The position numbers were made by a program, and so were the translations under genes. From Chthoniobacterales bacterium (GTDB lineage Bacteria > Verrucomicrobiota > Verrucomicrobiia > Chthoniobacterales > UBA10450): a stretch of DNA of 64,000 nucleotides. Shown one piece after another: positions 18,289 through 26,089 of the stretch. The notes under the pieces are model-generated. The model had not been told where the DNA came from. It saw only the letters and a program-made list of their open reading frames with translations, and did no database searches. Positions within the stretch are counted from its first letter, which is position 1. Each line of letters starts with the position of its first letter. The stretch lies in contig QHBM01000075.1 in the NCBI GenBank assembly GCA_003244145.1, positions 1,308 through 65,307 of the forward strand, in the 5' to 3' direction.

Positions 18289-18402
18289 ATCAGGAAAACA
18301 GGAAATGAGGAAAAGGAACGCGGATGTTAAGATTGGGGAACGAGAAACCAAGAATTCAGGAAGAAAATTCTCTGCCCTTTCCTGCTTTCCTATTTTCCTG
18401 AT
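18289..18402 (-). promoter_or_regulatory. long imperfect inverted repeat built from AGGAAA octamers, between the osmC-like stop and the glyQS start
   Basis: Plus strand: CAGGAAAA CAGGAAAT GAGGAAAA GG (18289..18316) against CC TTTCCTGC TTTCCTAT TTTCCTGA T (18376..18402). About 24 of 28 positions are complementary. Confidence 0.5.
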
Positions 18403-18425
18403 TAATATTCCCCTGAGAACTGCAA

Positions 18426-18872
18426 TCACTTCTCGACCGTGACCTTCGTTTTGACCGAGTTCGCGATGAAACAATTCTCGTGCGCGAAGTGGTGCATCTC
18501 GTCGAGCTCCTGCTCGGTCGGCTGGAGATCTCCGGAAAACTTCAGCTTCGGATGCAACTCCACGCGTGTGATCGCCAGTTTGCCGTTTTCGTTTTTCTCC
18601 ATGTGCCCAACGGCGTCGTCGGAATACTCTTCGAGCATGAATTTCTTTTTGCAGGCGACGGCGAGGAACGTGAGCATGTGGCAGCTCGAGAGCGAAGCGA
18701 CGAAGGCCTCCTCCGGATCGACATTTTTCGGATTGCCGAGATAGGCCGGCGCGGCGGAAGCCTCCATCTCGTGGCCGCCGTCGAACTTCCAGGTGTGATC
18801 GCGATTGTAGGTTTTGTATTCGAAGTCGGGCGTCGCGCGCTTCCAGGTCAGAGTCATTTTGTGTTCGGACAT
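18426..18872 (-). CDS. OsmC/Ohr family peroxiredoxin-like protein
   Basis: ATG at 18872 (MSEHKMTLTWKR). Conserved EEAFVASLSSCHMLTF and a second Cys in HENCFIANSV. Confidence 0.8.
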   Translation of the reverse strand: MSEHKMTLTWKRATPDFEYKTYNRDHTWKFDGGHEMEASAAPAYLGNPKNVDPEEAFVASLSSCHMLTFLAVACKKKFMLEEYSDDAVGHMEKNENGKLAITRVELHPKLKFSGDLQPTEQELDEMHHFAHENCFIANSVKTKVTVEK

Positions 18873-18962
18873 GCTTTTAGATAGAGCGGCGGATGCAAAG
18901 CGCAAGCGTCACAGCAGGGCTTGTAATTTCTGATTTCTCCTTTCTAATTTCTACTTTCCTCC

Positions 18963-19034
18963 GCGCGATTAGCTCAGTGGTAGAGCGCTTGCTTCACACG
19001 CAAGAAGTCGCAGGTTCGAACCCTGCATCGCGCA
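18963..19034 (+). tRNA. tRNA-Val (anticodon CAC), no encoded CCA
   Basis: Hand-folded cloverleaf. Acceptor gcgcgat/atcgcgc, D stem gctc/gagc, anticodon stem cttgc/gcaag with loop ttCACac, 5-nt variable loop, T arm gcagg-ttcgaac-cctgc, discriminator a. Confidence 0.93.
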
Positions 19035-20284
19035 TTTTCCCCCTCATTGAGACTCTCGCGGACAGATGCGGACTCCGACGGACTAAATGTCTGCTCTCCA
19101 GCGGTTAACACCTTCAGTTTTCCGGCTTCCGGTTGGACAGTCGCGGACACGGTTGGACACGCCGGGACTAATTCTTGTGAGTCTATTTGTGAGTCTTTCT
19201 TTGCTGCTGCGAAATTCGTTAGGGCGACAATCGCGTCCGACACCGGAAGCATGTTGGCATCCGTGTACGTCTTGAGCGTGAGCCGCGGATCGCTGTGCCT
19301 CATGAGTTCCATCAACGTCCGCTGTCCAACACCGGCGAGCGTCAGCATTGTCCCGTAGGTCATTCGTAGCGCGTGGAAATCAGCACGCTCACCCTTTGAA
19401 TCCGTGTACGGAATCCCGGCGGCTTCCAAATCTTTCCGAAACTGATTCATCCTCGGAATCTGCCCGGCAAAGACCAGGACTTCAGACGCAGCCTGTGTTG
19501 AGCGCAGCTCACGCAAAGCGTCAGCTGCATCAGGTGGTAGGGGTTGCCGCGCCGCCCTGTGATTCTTTGAAACGCACGCACGCACATGAATGAACGGTTG
19601 CGCCGTGTCTAGGTGAACGTCGGACCACGCCACTTGCACCAGCTCACCGCGCCGAATTCCCGTCCTGGCGGCGACACGATAGACGACACCGCGCGGACCA
19701 CTCACCGCGTATAGCCGTTGCAACTCCGCTTCCGTAAACGCGCGCCGATTCAGCGTCTTAGCGCCGTTGGTTTGTGCCTTTTGGACGTGACGCAGAGCAT
19801 TGCTGCCGATCTGAGGTTCCAGCCATTTCAAGAGACCGCAGGCAGCGTTCAAATATTCGTTGAGCGTTTTCGGGTTCAGCCTTTGACGCGCTCGCCATGC
19901 ACAGAATGACTCTGCAGAAATATCAGACGCCCGCAGCCACCGATTCTCGCCAGCCAGCCTGACCAGTTTGCGCTCCAACTCGCGTACATATTTCTCGTCG
20001 CAGCGGACGGACCGGCGATCGGCGATGAAATTTTTGACGTGGGTGAGGAGCGGTAAAGCAGCCGCGTCGCGTTGATATTGCGGCGCGATCAATCCTACGC
20101 TTTCTCGCTGCTCATCCTGGACAATTTTCCGCAGTTTCTGTTCCGCGACCTGTCTGTCTGTTGTCCGCAACGCAATGTCCCGCAGCTTGTCGCGCGGATC
20201 GAGCCGGTATCGGCCACGATACATTCGCCCCGAGACGAGTTTCCCGTTCTTGCGCCGCTTCGGTTTGTAAACGGTTTCGATCAT
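18974..20284 (-). CDS. tyrosine-type site-specific integrase; the C-terminal end is uncertain
   Basis: R..HxxR..Y signature (GIRRGEL, DFHALRMTYGT, HSDPRLTLKTYTD). The ORF runs 96 codons past the catalytic Tyr, through the att arm and antisense into the tRNA. Confidence 0.85.
   Translation of the reverse strand: MIETVYKPKRRKNGKLVSGRMYRGRYRLDPRDKLRDIALRTTDRQVAEQKLRKIVQDEQRESVGLIAPQYQRDAAALPLLTHVKNFIADRRSVRCDEKYVRELERKLVRLAGENRWLRASDISAESFCAWRARQRLNPKTLNEYLNAACGLLKWLEPQIGSNALRHVQKAQTNGAKTLNRRAFTEAELQRLYAVSGPRGVVYRVAARTGIRRGELVQVAWSDVHLDTAQPFIHVRACVSKNHRAARQPLPPDAADALRELRSTQAASEVLVFAGQIPRMNQFRKDLEAAGIPYTDSKGERADFHALRMTYGTMLTLAGVGQRTLMELMRHSDPRLTLKTYTDANMLPVSDAIVALTNFAAAKKDSQIDSQELVPACPTVSATVQPEAGKLKVLTAGEQTFSPSESASVRESLNEGENARCRVRTCDFLRVKQALYH
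19012..19034 (+). repeat. attL core (3' end of tRNA-Val)
   Basis: Identical to 26638..26660. Confidence 0.8.
19060..19169 (+). repeat. seven GGAC[A/T] motifs in exact 10-bp phasing (two blocks)
   Basis: Motif starts at 19060, 19070, 19080 and at 19135, 19145, 19155, 19165. The second block contains ggttggaca twice, 20 bp apart. Confidence 0.7.
19176..19195 (+). repeat. TGTGAGTC dyad (tgtgagtctatttgtgagtc), attL-proximal copy
   Basis: 19 of 20 nt identical to 26580..26599, same orientation. Confidence 0.75.
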
Positions 20285-20481
20285 ACTGCGACCTTTCTGC
20301 GTTGCGCTTTTAGTGCTTCGATCACCGCGTGCAGTTCGCTGAGCACAAACATCGGTTTCTTGCCGACGTAAACGGGCTCGGGAAGCCGACGCGCGGCGAT
20401 CATTCTGCGAATCGTACGAATCGAAATACGGCCCAGCATCTCTGCGGCTTCTTTGAAACAGACGAGTCGATCAGCGGTCAT
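20281..20481 (-). CDS. excisionase/AlpA-type helix-turn-helix DNA-binding protein
   Basis: 66 aa. FKEAAEMLGRISIRTIRRMIAARRLPEPVYVGKKPMF. ATGA overlap with the integrase start. Confidence 0.7.
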   Translation of the reverse strand: MTADRLVCFKEAAEMLGRISIRTIRRMIAARRLPEPVYVGKKPMFVLSELHAVIEALKAQRRKVAV

Positions 20482-20951
20482 TTTTTGCCAAAGATTTTCT
20501 TAAAAAGCGCCTCGTCAGCCTCGCGTTGCTTTTGCTCTCGCTCACCTTCCAGTTTCCGATGATACGGGCCCTGAAAACCACCTTGACGGATCTGCAAACT
20601 ATCGTGCTTTACCGCTGCTTTCAGAGACGCCCCGATTCGCTTCGGCAATGAACGTCGGGGCCGGCCCGCTTTCAGTTCCTCCTGATTGCGTGCCACGATT
20701 TCCCGCATCGACACGTACTTCCGACCAAGAAACATAAAATCAGTGAGCTTGCCCAGGCGGACCAGCTCGCCCACCCGTTTCGTGCTTACCCCAAGCAATA
20801 GCGCCGCCTGCGCATGATTCAGTAAACCTTTTTCTTCAACCATGGCGTCGCTCATTCGCTGAAATTCCTCAGCAGCATGGAGACGCGCGCGAGCACGGTC
20901 GTCAGTTGAACTTTGGAGAGCGAACGTTGAAGATGCGATCGATGCTGTCAT
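20478..20951 (-). CDS. HTH DNA-binding protein (putative element regulator); start uncertain
   Basis: LLNHAQAALLLGVSTKRVGELVRLGKL HTH-like segment. The ORF caller start at 21002 is TTG; the first ATG is at 20951. The stop overlaps the xis-like start. Confidence 0.55.
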   Translation of the reverse strand: MTASIASSTFALQSSTDDRARARLHAAEEFQRMSDAMVEEKGLLNHAQAALLLGVSTKRVGELVRLGKLTDFMFLGRKYVSMREIVARNQEELKAGRPRRSLPKRIGASLKAAVKHDSLQIRQGGFQGPYHRKLEGEREQKQREADEALFKKIFGKK

Positions 20952-21098
20952 TGGCGTAACCGTTACGACAGTGAACGTAACGTCGATGAAGTAATACGTC
21001 AATCATTTTTTCAACCTCTTTCTTGCCAATTCGGAACCTCCTTCGGCATAGTCTGCTGCCAACTTCCCTTGAAAGCCCCACCCTGAGACGCTCCCACC

Positions 21099-22700
21099 GT
21101 GAAAACTCATTACGATGTGCTCGGTGTGCCCCCGACTGCCAAACAAGAGCAGATTGTGGCGGCTTACAGAGTCCGCACCAAAATGCTTCATCCGGATCGA
21201 TTCGACCCAGATAAGCAACGCACCGAGTGGGAGCTGGCGAACGAAATGATAAAAGAATTGAACCTGGCCTATGCGGTTCTTCGAGATCCAGCCAACCGAA
21301 GCGCGTACGATCGTACCACTTTTGTCACAACTACGTCTCCTCCACCGAAGGCCGCCGCTCAATCGCCCCCAACCGGTCGCACAAACTCGCCGCCACCGCA
21401 GCCCGCATCCCCGCCCCGAGCCCATTTCCCGCCCCTAGCCTCAGGTTCCGTTGCCTTCGCCGTTCTCCCAAACCATGCGAAGCAACGGCTTCGGAGCAGG
21501 TACCAGGGTTCAGTCCCTCAGCAGTTCAAAACGCCCTTAGCGCGCGTGTCGCTCGCATGGATTGTAGCTGTCGGCTGTCTTGCAGGCTGCATTCTATGGA
21601 TAGTCTCCGCAGGACAGGAACGCTGGCAGAACAGCGATCCCGTTGAAACGCTAACATTTATCGGCGCGCTCGCCGGAGTGCCATTCTTCTTAAGCGTATT
21701 CCACATCGTTCGGTGGCGCAGTTCTCCCTTGAAAAGGATGCTCTATATTACGCCCCTGTATGTAGTCGAGACCCGTTATCATTCAGTCAGATATTGGCCT
21801 GTCTGGTCGCTCACGAACATTTCGGCGACACATCGATACTATAACCAGGCTTATACCGGCACCGATGTCGTTATGACATTCGGAAAGGATGTCCATTCGT
21901 TTCGAGTACGTGGACAAATACTATATCAGCAGCTTGTCGATGCCCTTCGGGTATTCACTGATAAGTGTTTTAGCGCCGCATTTCAGAACGACTATCAGTA
22001 TTTCAGGAATGAAGATGACTTCCAAGGCGCAGTACCGTCCACCCGTCAACAAGGTCGAACGTCCTGGGGCTCCGCACTGTTTGCATTTGTCGCCGCGGGA
22101 GTCTTAGTGCTCAGCACGACTGGGATGTCGTTTTGGGTCAATCAATACGCGCCAAAGGCAAAGCCAATCAGCCTTGGGACAAATAATTCACTCCGACGAC
22201 CGGGCCAGACAAATCGCAACACGAATTTCGATCCATCTACGGCGGTCGCTGTGCCCTCCTTGAGTCCTTATGATCGATCGACTGATCCCCCAAACGGATA
22301 CGTGTTCAGGAATCAACTCCGAACCGGGCACGGCACCCTCAAAATCATTAATGGAACGAGTTATCACGCGGTCGCAAAACTCGTCAGCACTGTAACAAAC
22401 AAGTCGGTTTTCACAGTATTTGTCAGCGCTGGCGACCAATACACTATTAGGAACATTCCTAACGCGACGTTTAAGCTTGCTTTCGCATCTGGTCGGCGTT
22501 GGAACGTTCTTACGGACGGATTCGACGAGTTCGCAGGTGTCTCAATATTTCGTAATTCGATGACTTTTGACACAACAACCGCGGTAGAGGGCGACCAAGA
22601 GGTAACTTATTACCATACAATGGAGGTTACTCTGCAACCTGTAGCCGGAGGAAATGCTCGTACCGATAGAGTCGAACCGAATGTATTCGAACAATTCTGA
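21099..22700 (+). CDS. membrane protein with an N-terminal J domain (DnaJ-like, HPD motif) and an unknown C-terminal domain
   Basis: GTG start. HYDVLGVPPTAKQEQIVAAYRVRTKMLHPDRF...LNLAYAVLRDPANRSAYD. Pro-rich linker and three predicted TM helices. C-terminal 170 aa are beta-rich (GTLKIINGTSYHAVAKLVS...). Confidence 0.75.
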   Translation: MKTHYDVLGVPPTAKQEQIVAAYRVRTKMLHPDRFDPDKQRTEWELANEMIKELNLAYAVLRDPANRSAYDRTTFVTTTSPPPKAAAQSPPTGRTNSPPPQPASPPRAHFPPLASGSVAFAVLPNHAKQRLRSRYQGSVPQQFKTPLARVSLAWIVAVGCLAGCILWIVSAGQERWQNSDPVETLTFIGALAGVPFFLSVFHIVRWRSSPLKRMLYITPLYVVETRYHSVRYWPVWSLTNISATHRYYNQAYTGTDVVMTFGKDVHSFRVRGQILYQQLVDALRVFTDKCFSAAFQNDYQYFRNEDDFQGAVPSTRQQGRTSWGSALFAFVAAGVLVLSTTGMSFWVNQYAPKAKPISLGTNNSLRRPGQTNRNTNFDPSTAVAVPSLSPYDRSTDPPNGYVFRNQLRTGHGTLKIINGTSYHAVAKLVSTVTNKSVFTVFVSAGDQYTIRNIPNATFKLAFASGRRWNVLTDGFDEFAGVSIFRNSMTFDTTTAVEGDQEVTYYHTMEVTLQPVAGGNARTDRVEPNVFEQF

Positions 22701-22718
22701 AAGAGTGGTCGAAGAATA

Positions 22719-22745
22719 GGGGACTCATCGCGTCCCCTTCAAAAT
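22719..22745 (+). terminator. possible intrinsic terminator after the J-domain gene
   Basis: ggggac-tcatcgc-gtcccc followed by ttcaaaat. Confidence 0.35.
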
Positions 22746-23065
22746 CCCCCTCTAGGCGGGAACGCAATTCTGGCGAACGCTAGCACGCCTTCAGGTCAAA
22801 GAGGAACTCAGGTTCCTCAAGCGCAACAACAAAGAGCCGTTTCAGCGACTCGCGGGCGAGCTTGATTGTCAAGGGTAAGCTCTGCAGTTCCGGCTCCTTC
22901 TCTGGCGAGAACCCCTCTTCCCCGTGTGCAATTCGACTTCGCAGCCTGTAAAGAATTCATACGTTGCGGTAAGTAGGGCCATGATGAATCCAGCATGTCT
23001 GTCAAAAAGCCCGATAGCGGACCTGACAAAGTTCAATGTAGCACCCACAGTTATCTTCCCTTCAT

Positions 23066-23521
23066 TTATTTCGACTCTTCCCTGCCGGCACGAGACTTTT
23101 CGATTCCCCAGGTCGCCTGAGCAATATCTTCAATTTTCGCGACGAATTTGTCGACGTTCAGGCCCGCGACGAAAGCAAAAGCGTAGAAGCCGAGTTGGGT
23201 AGCGTTTGCCTTCTCCCCAGCTTCGAGGATGAGCAGACCCGCCTTAAGGAAGAGGCAGCTTACTCCGCCGGACAGCAGACTTGCGAATGGGCGTATATAA
23301 TACCACGGTTCCCACTCAGCATCCCAATTCTTTCGGACACAGGCGTTCAAGTAAACGCCGCGCAGACAGTATAGGCATCCACCGAACCCACCAGACACGC
23401 CACACAAGAACCAAAGATGATTTGTCTGTAACCACGCTGGCGCGGTTCCCGACAACTCCCACGCTAGCGAAGCCATCAGCGCTAGAACGAAGGCCAGTAG
23501 GAATGCGATAACCTTTTTCAC
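23066..23521 (-). CDS. small integral membrane protein (about 4 TM helices)
   Basis: 151 aa, GTG start, four hydrophobic segments. 24 nt downstream of the MBL gene on the same strand. Confidence 0.6.
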   Translation of the reverse strand: MKKVIAFLLAFVLALMASLAWELSGTAPAWLQTNHLWFLCGVSGGFGGCLYCLRGVYLNACVRKNWDAEWEPWYYIRPFASLLSGGVSCLFLKAGLLILEAGEKANATQLGFYAFAFVAGLNVDKFVAKIEDIAQATWGIEKSRAGREESK

Positions 23522-23545
23522 GCTCTTACCATCCCCTCGCCTGAT

Positions 23546-24646
23546 TTAATCTTCTTCATCGTAATCTGACGTAAACGGAATCGGTACGACGGGCTTCCAG
23601 CCAGCTCGCATCGGCACGTCGGCGCTTCGATAAACAATAGATTTTCTTTGTGTGCCGCTTACGGTCGCGCCCCGTCGCCTTAATGCATTGGTGACGCGCA
23701 TAGAGGGATGCTTTTTATCCCATTCATTCGACGCCGAAACGAAAGCCTGTTTTTTCGAATCGGCGTGGGGCGAACCAATTATCCGATTCAAGATTGAGGG
23801 ACCCAAATTTCGTTTACTGCCGTGATGAGGCACCTGAAAGTACCGAACGCTAGGTTCCAATCGATACGTGCTCCGTTCGGCGTAATCAGCCGCTCGGGTT
23901 AATGCAGGCACGCCTGCATCCGCGGTCAGCAGGACATCTGCTTTGTCCTCCAACCGCGCTACAATGATCGCGCTCGAATTATTTCGAGCATTCACGTCAT
24001 TTTCCGCCGGCTCGACGAGTTGGTCTTCTCCTTCGATCGCCTCCGAAATACGCCTCCGCAATTCCGCAGCCTTTCGAGGGATCGCTTGAAAATACTCAGC
24101 GAATGTTCCCCCCAAGGTCGTCGCCTCGCCGAACTCGCAAACTAGATTCTCGTAATAGGCCGGGCTTGGACCGATCACAAATAACCGGTTGTCGAAAGTG
24201 ACGCCGGCGAATGGCTCGACCGGCGTGATCCCCTTTCTAATCGCAAGTTTCTCCAGCTCGTAAGCGTTCTCCAACGATCGTCGCAAGCGGTCGCTGAACT
24301 TTTGCGTCGTCATTCGCTTTTCTCGTACGTAGGCGGCGACCGAATCAGCATGCTCCCATGGCCGATGCATCCAGAACGACCCCACTTGCAAGTTATCGAA
24401 GATTTCGTGCAGCCCATTCACATGATCATCATGGGGATGAGTACAAATCACTAAGTCGACCCGTCTGGTTCCGTAAACGTTCTGTATGAACCGGACGAGA
24501 TCATCGCCATTTTCTTGGAATCCGCCGTCCACTACGATCACTCGCTGAGCGTTCGAATTACCGTTAAACGTGCCATAACGCATCGCTATCGCGTCGCCGC
24601 TTGTTGTGCCGGTACCAACGGCTCTGATATCAAGTTCGAAACTCAT
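23546..24646 (-). CDS. metallo-beta-lactamase-fold hydrolase, ComEC/Rec2-like subtype
   Basis: HxHxDH motif (ICTHPHDDHVNGL), later LLTADAG and VPHHGSKRN motifs of the ComEC-type MBL domain; 366 aa, no TM segment. Confidence 0.75.
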   Translation of the reverse strand: MSFELDIRAVGTGTTSGDAIAMRYGTFNGNSNAQRVIVVDGGFQENGDDLVRFIQNVYGTRRVDLVICTHPHDDHVNGLHEIFDNLQVGSFWMHRPWEHADSVAAYVREKRMTTQKFSDRLRRSLENAYELEKLAIRKGITPVEPFAGVTFDNRLFVIGPSPAYYENLVCEFGEATTLGGTFAEYFQAIPRKAAELRRRISEAIEGEDQLVEPAENDVNARNNSSAIIVARLEDKADVLLTADAGVPALTRAADYAERSTYRLEPSVRYFQVPHHGSKRNLGPSILNRIIGSPHADSKKQAFVSASNEWDKKHPSMRVTNALRRRGATVSGTQRKSIVYRSADVPMRAGWKPVVPIPFTSDYDEED

Positions 24647-24735
24647 TGGGGGGATTCACCCTGTTCGAAAAGATCATGCACGCTCGACCGAACAGAGCAA
24701 GCATCGATTCCCGTCGCCTAGCGGAATGATGTCAT

Positions 24736-25380
24736 TTACATAACCCGCATGAATTCCGCCATGTCTGCTGTCAGGCTACGCACGGCGTCGACACCGAAGC
24801 CTACTCCCTCGAATGCTTCCTTTTCCGAGTTGCCAAAGCCGTAGCAGCGAACGCCAAGAACTTTAGCTTCTGGCGCGGTCCTACCGCCATCCTCCGAAAG
24901 CGAAACGAACAGCGTTGGCGCAATAAAGACGCCCACACACGCATTCGGAACCACGGGCTCACGCCGTTCGAGTCGGCGCAGCAAACTAGTGAACGCCCAA
25001 TCGCCGTGCCGCAGCTGCCACAAATGATCCCGATGGAAAAAGACCAACCGCGCCGAACAAACGATCCGGTACTGCGCGAACGACCTGTTCGACTGGGGAG
25101 CCGCCGGTGGCCACAGGTACGATTCGGTCGTTTCCCAAACCGTGTCGGCGCCATTCATCCATTCAATGAGCGAGAAAAATCGATCAATCGCCGGCACTGC
25201 CGCGTAAGGAATAAAATCCTCAAGACTGCTCCGCACCAGGTCCGGTCGTTTGAGAAAATCAACAAATTTGGCATTCGGATCGTGCAACGACCCCCCCCAA
25301 GGATGCATTCTTGCCGCCCCAATCTCTCCTTCCGCCTTGTCGTGGAATGCGCGCATGTCTGTTAGCGATTCAATAATCAA
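24736..25380 (-). CDS. hypothetical protein (element-encoded); start uncertain (TTG 25380 or ATG 25356)
   Basis: 214-aa ORF with ordinary composition and no recognisable motif. It lies between the rep and MBL genes on the same strand. Confidence 0.45.
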   Translation of the reverse strand: MIIESLTDMRAFHDKAEGEIGAARMHPWGGSLHDPNAKFVDFLKRPDLVRSSLEDFIPYAAVPAIDRFFSLIEWMNGADTVWETTESYLWPPAAPQSNRSFAQYRIVCSARLVFFHRDHLWQLRHGDWAFTSLLRRLERREPVVPNACVGVFIAPTLFVSLSEDGGRTAPEAKVLGVRCYGFGNSEKEAFEGVGFGVDAVRSLTADMAEFMRVM

Positions 25381-26024
25381 AATGGCGCTTCAAAGCCACA
25401 CGGTTCCCAGCATAATTCTTCTTCGCAGCACATCCAATACGGTTTGCCGAATGGACCTCGGCAAACTTCCCAACCTTTCTCAATCGTCTTCATCATCATT
25501 GTTCGAACGAAATCCATTCGTTCGAAAAATCCTTTGCGCCCCGTCCATTCTTTCCATTCTTTGCAGGCTTGATAGACGCGGCTGAACATCGTTTCACGAA
25601 TCACGTCTTTGACTTTCGTCCATTCCCAACCTTGCCCGAAGCCGGCCCAAAGTCGCCACCGGTGTAAGCATTCCGGTCGCTCCTTAGACAAATACTTCGC
25701 GAGATACCCGGCATGCTCGCTTGGCATCCGTGCGACGTGAATGCGGCCCCATCCCGCGCGTGTCGCCAATTCCCGGGCTCGATTCACGTCAATAAATTGA
25801 TTCGTGACGAGATGGACATGCAGCCCGTGACTTTCATGAAGTTCGAACACACGCAATCCCTGCAACGTCGGCCAGGTCCGAAGAAGGAGCGTCAGCAGAT
25901 GGTTCCATCGCTTCCGCGTGTCCTTCACGCCGAGCAATTCTCCAAACGTGAAGGTCCAGAGGAAAAGCTGTTGTTTTCCCAACGTCTGAGAAGCGAAGAG
26001 GAAGGCAGCTTTGCTCTTGGTCAT
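25377..26024 (-). CDS. HUH-superfamily rolling-circle replication initiator (two-tyrosine type)
   Basis: Motif 1 FLWTFTF, HUH motif HGLHVHLV, Tyr motif AGYLAKYLSK (YxxKY). Confidence 0.75.
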   Translation of the reverse strand: MTKSKAAFLFASQTLGKQQLFLWTFTFGELLGVKDTRKRWNHLLTLLLRTWPTLQGLRVFELHESHGLHVHLVTNQFIDVNRARELATRAGWGRIHVARMPSEHAGYLAKYLSKERPECLHRWRLWAGFGQGWEWTKVKDVIRETMFSRVYQACKEWKEWTGRKGFFERMDFVRTMMMKTIEKGWEVCRGPFGKPYWMCCEEELCWEPCGFEAPF

Positions 26025-26039
26025 TGGTGCTGTGGAGTT

Positions 26040-26089
26040 GTTAGCAAATAAACAAGGTTAAGGGGCGGGAGCCCGCCCTTCGGGCGGGC
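26040..26089 (-). terminator. GC-rich hairpin plus T-rich tract just upstream of rep (possible attenuator/terminator or origin structure)
   Basis: Minus strand reads gcccgccc-gaa-gggcgggc, then tcccgcccc TAA ccttgtttatttg. It overlaps the last codons of the upstream ORF. Confidence 0.35.

Noticed and set aside
18287-18425. T-box leader upstream of glyQS
   Set aside because: No T-box consensus (AANNNGGGTGGTACCGCG-like) or specifier-loop architecture is visible. The region is dominated by the AGGAAA octamer inverted repeat.
21003-21425. 140-aa minus-strand ORF overlapping the start of the J-domain gene
   Set aside because: Arg/Trp/Gly-rich shadow of the J-domain coding sequence, whose HPD motif and helices are clear.
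22817-23029. 70-aa ORF in the large intergenic gap of the island
   Set aside because: No start context, odd composition (ends ..ETALCCCA), no motif. I kept the region as a non-coding finding instead.
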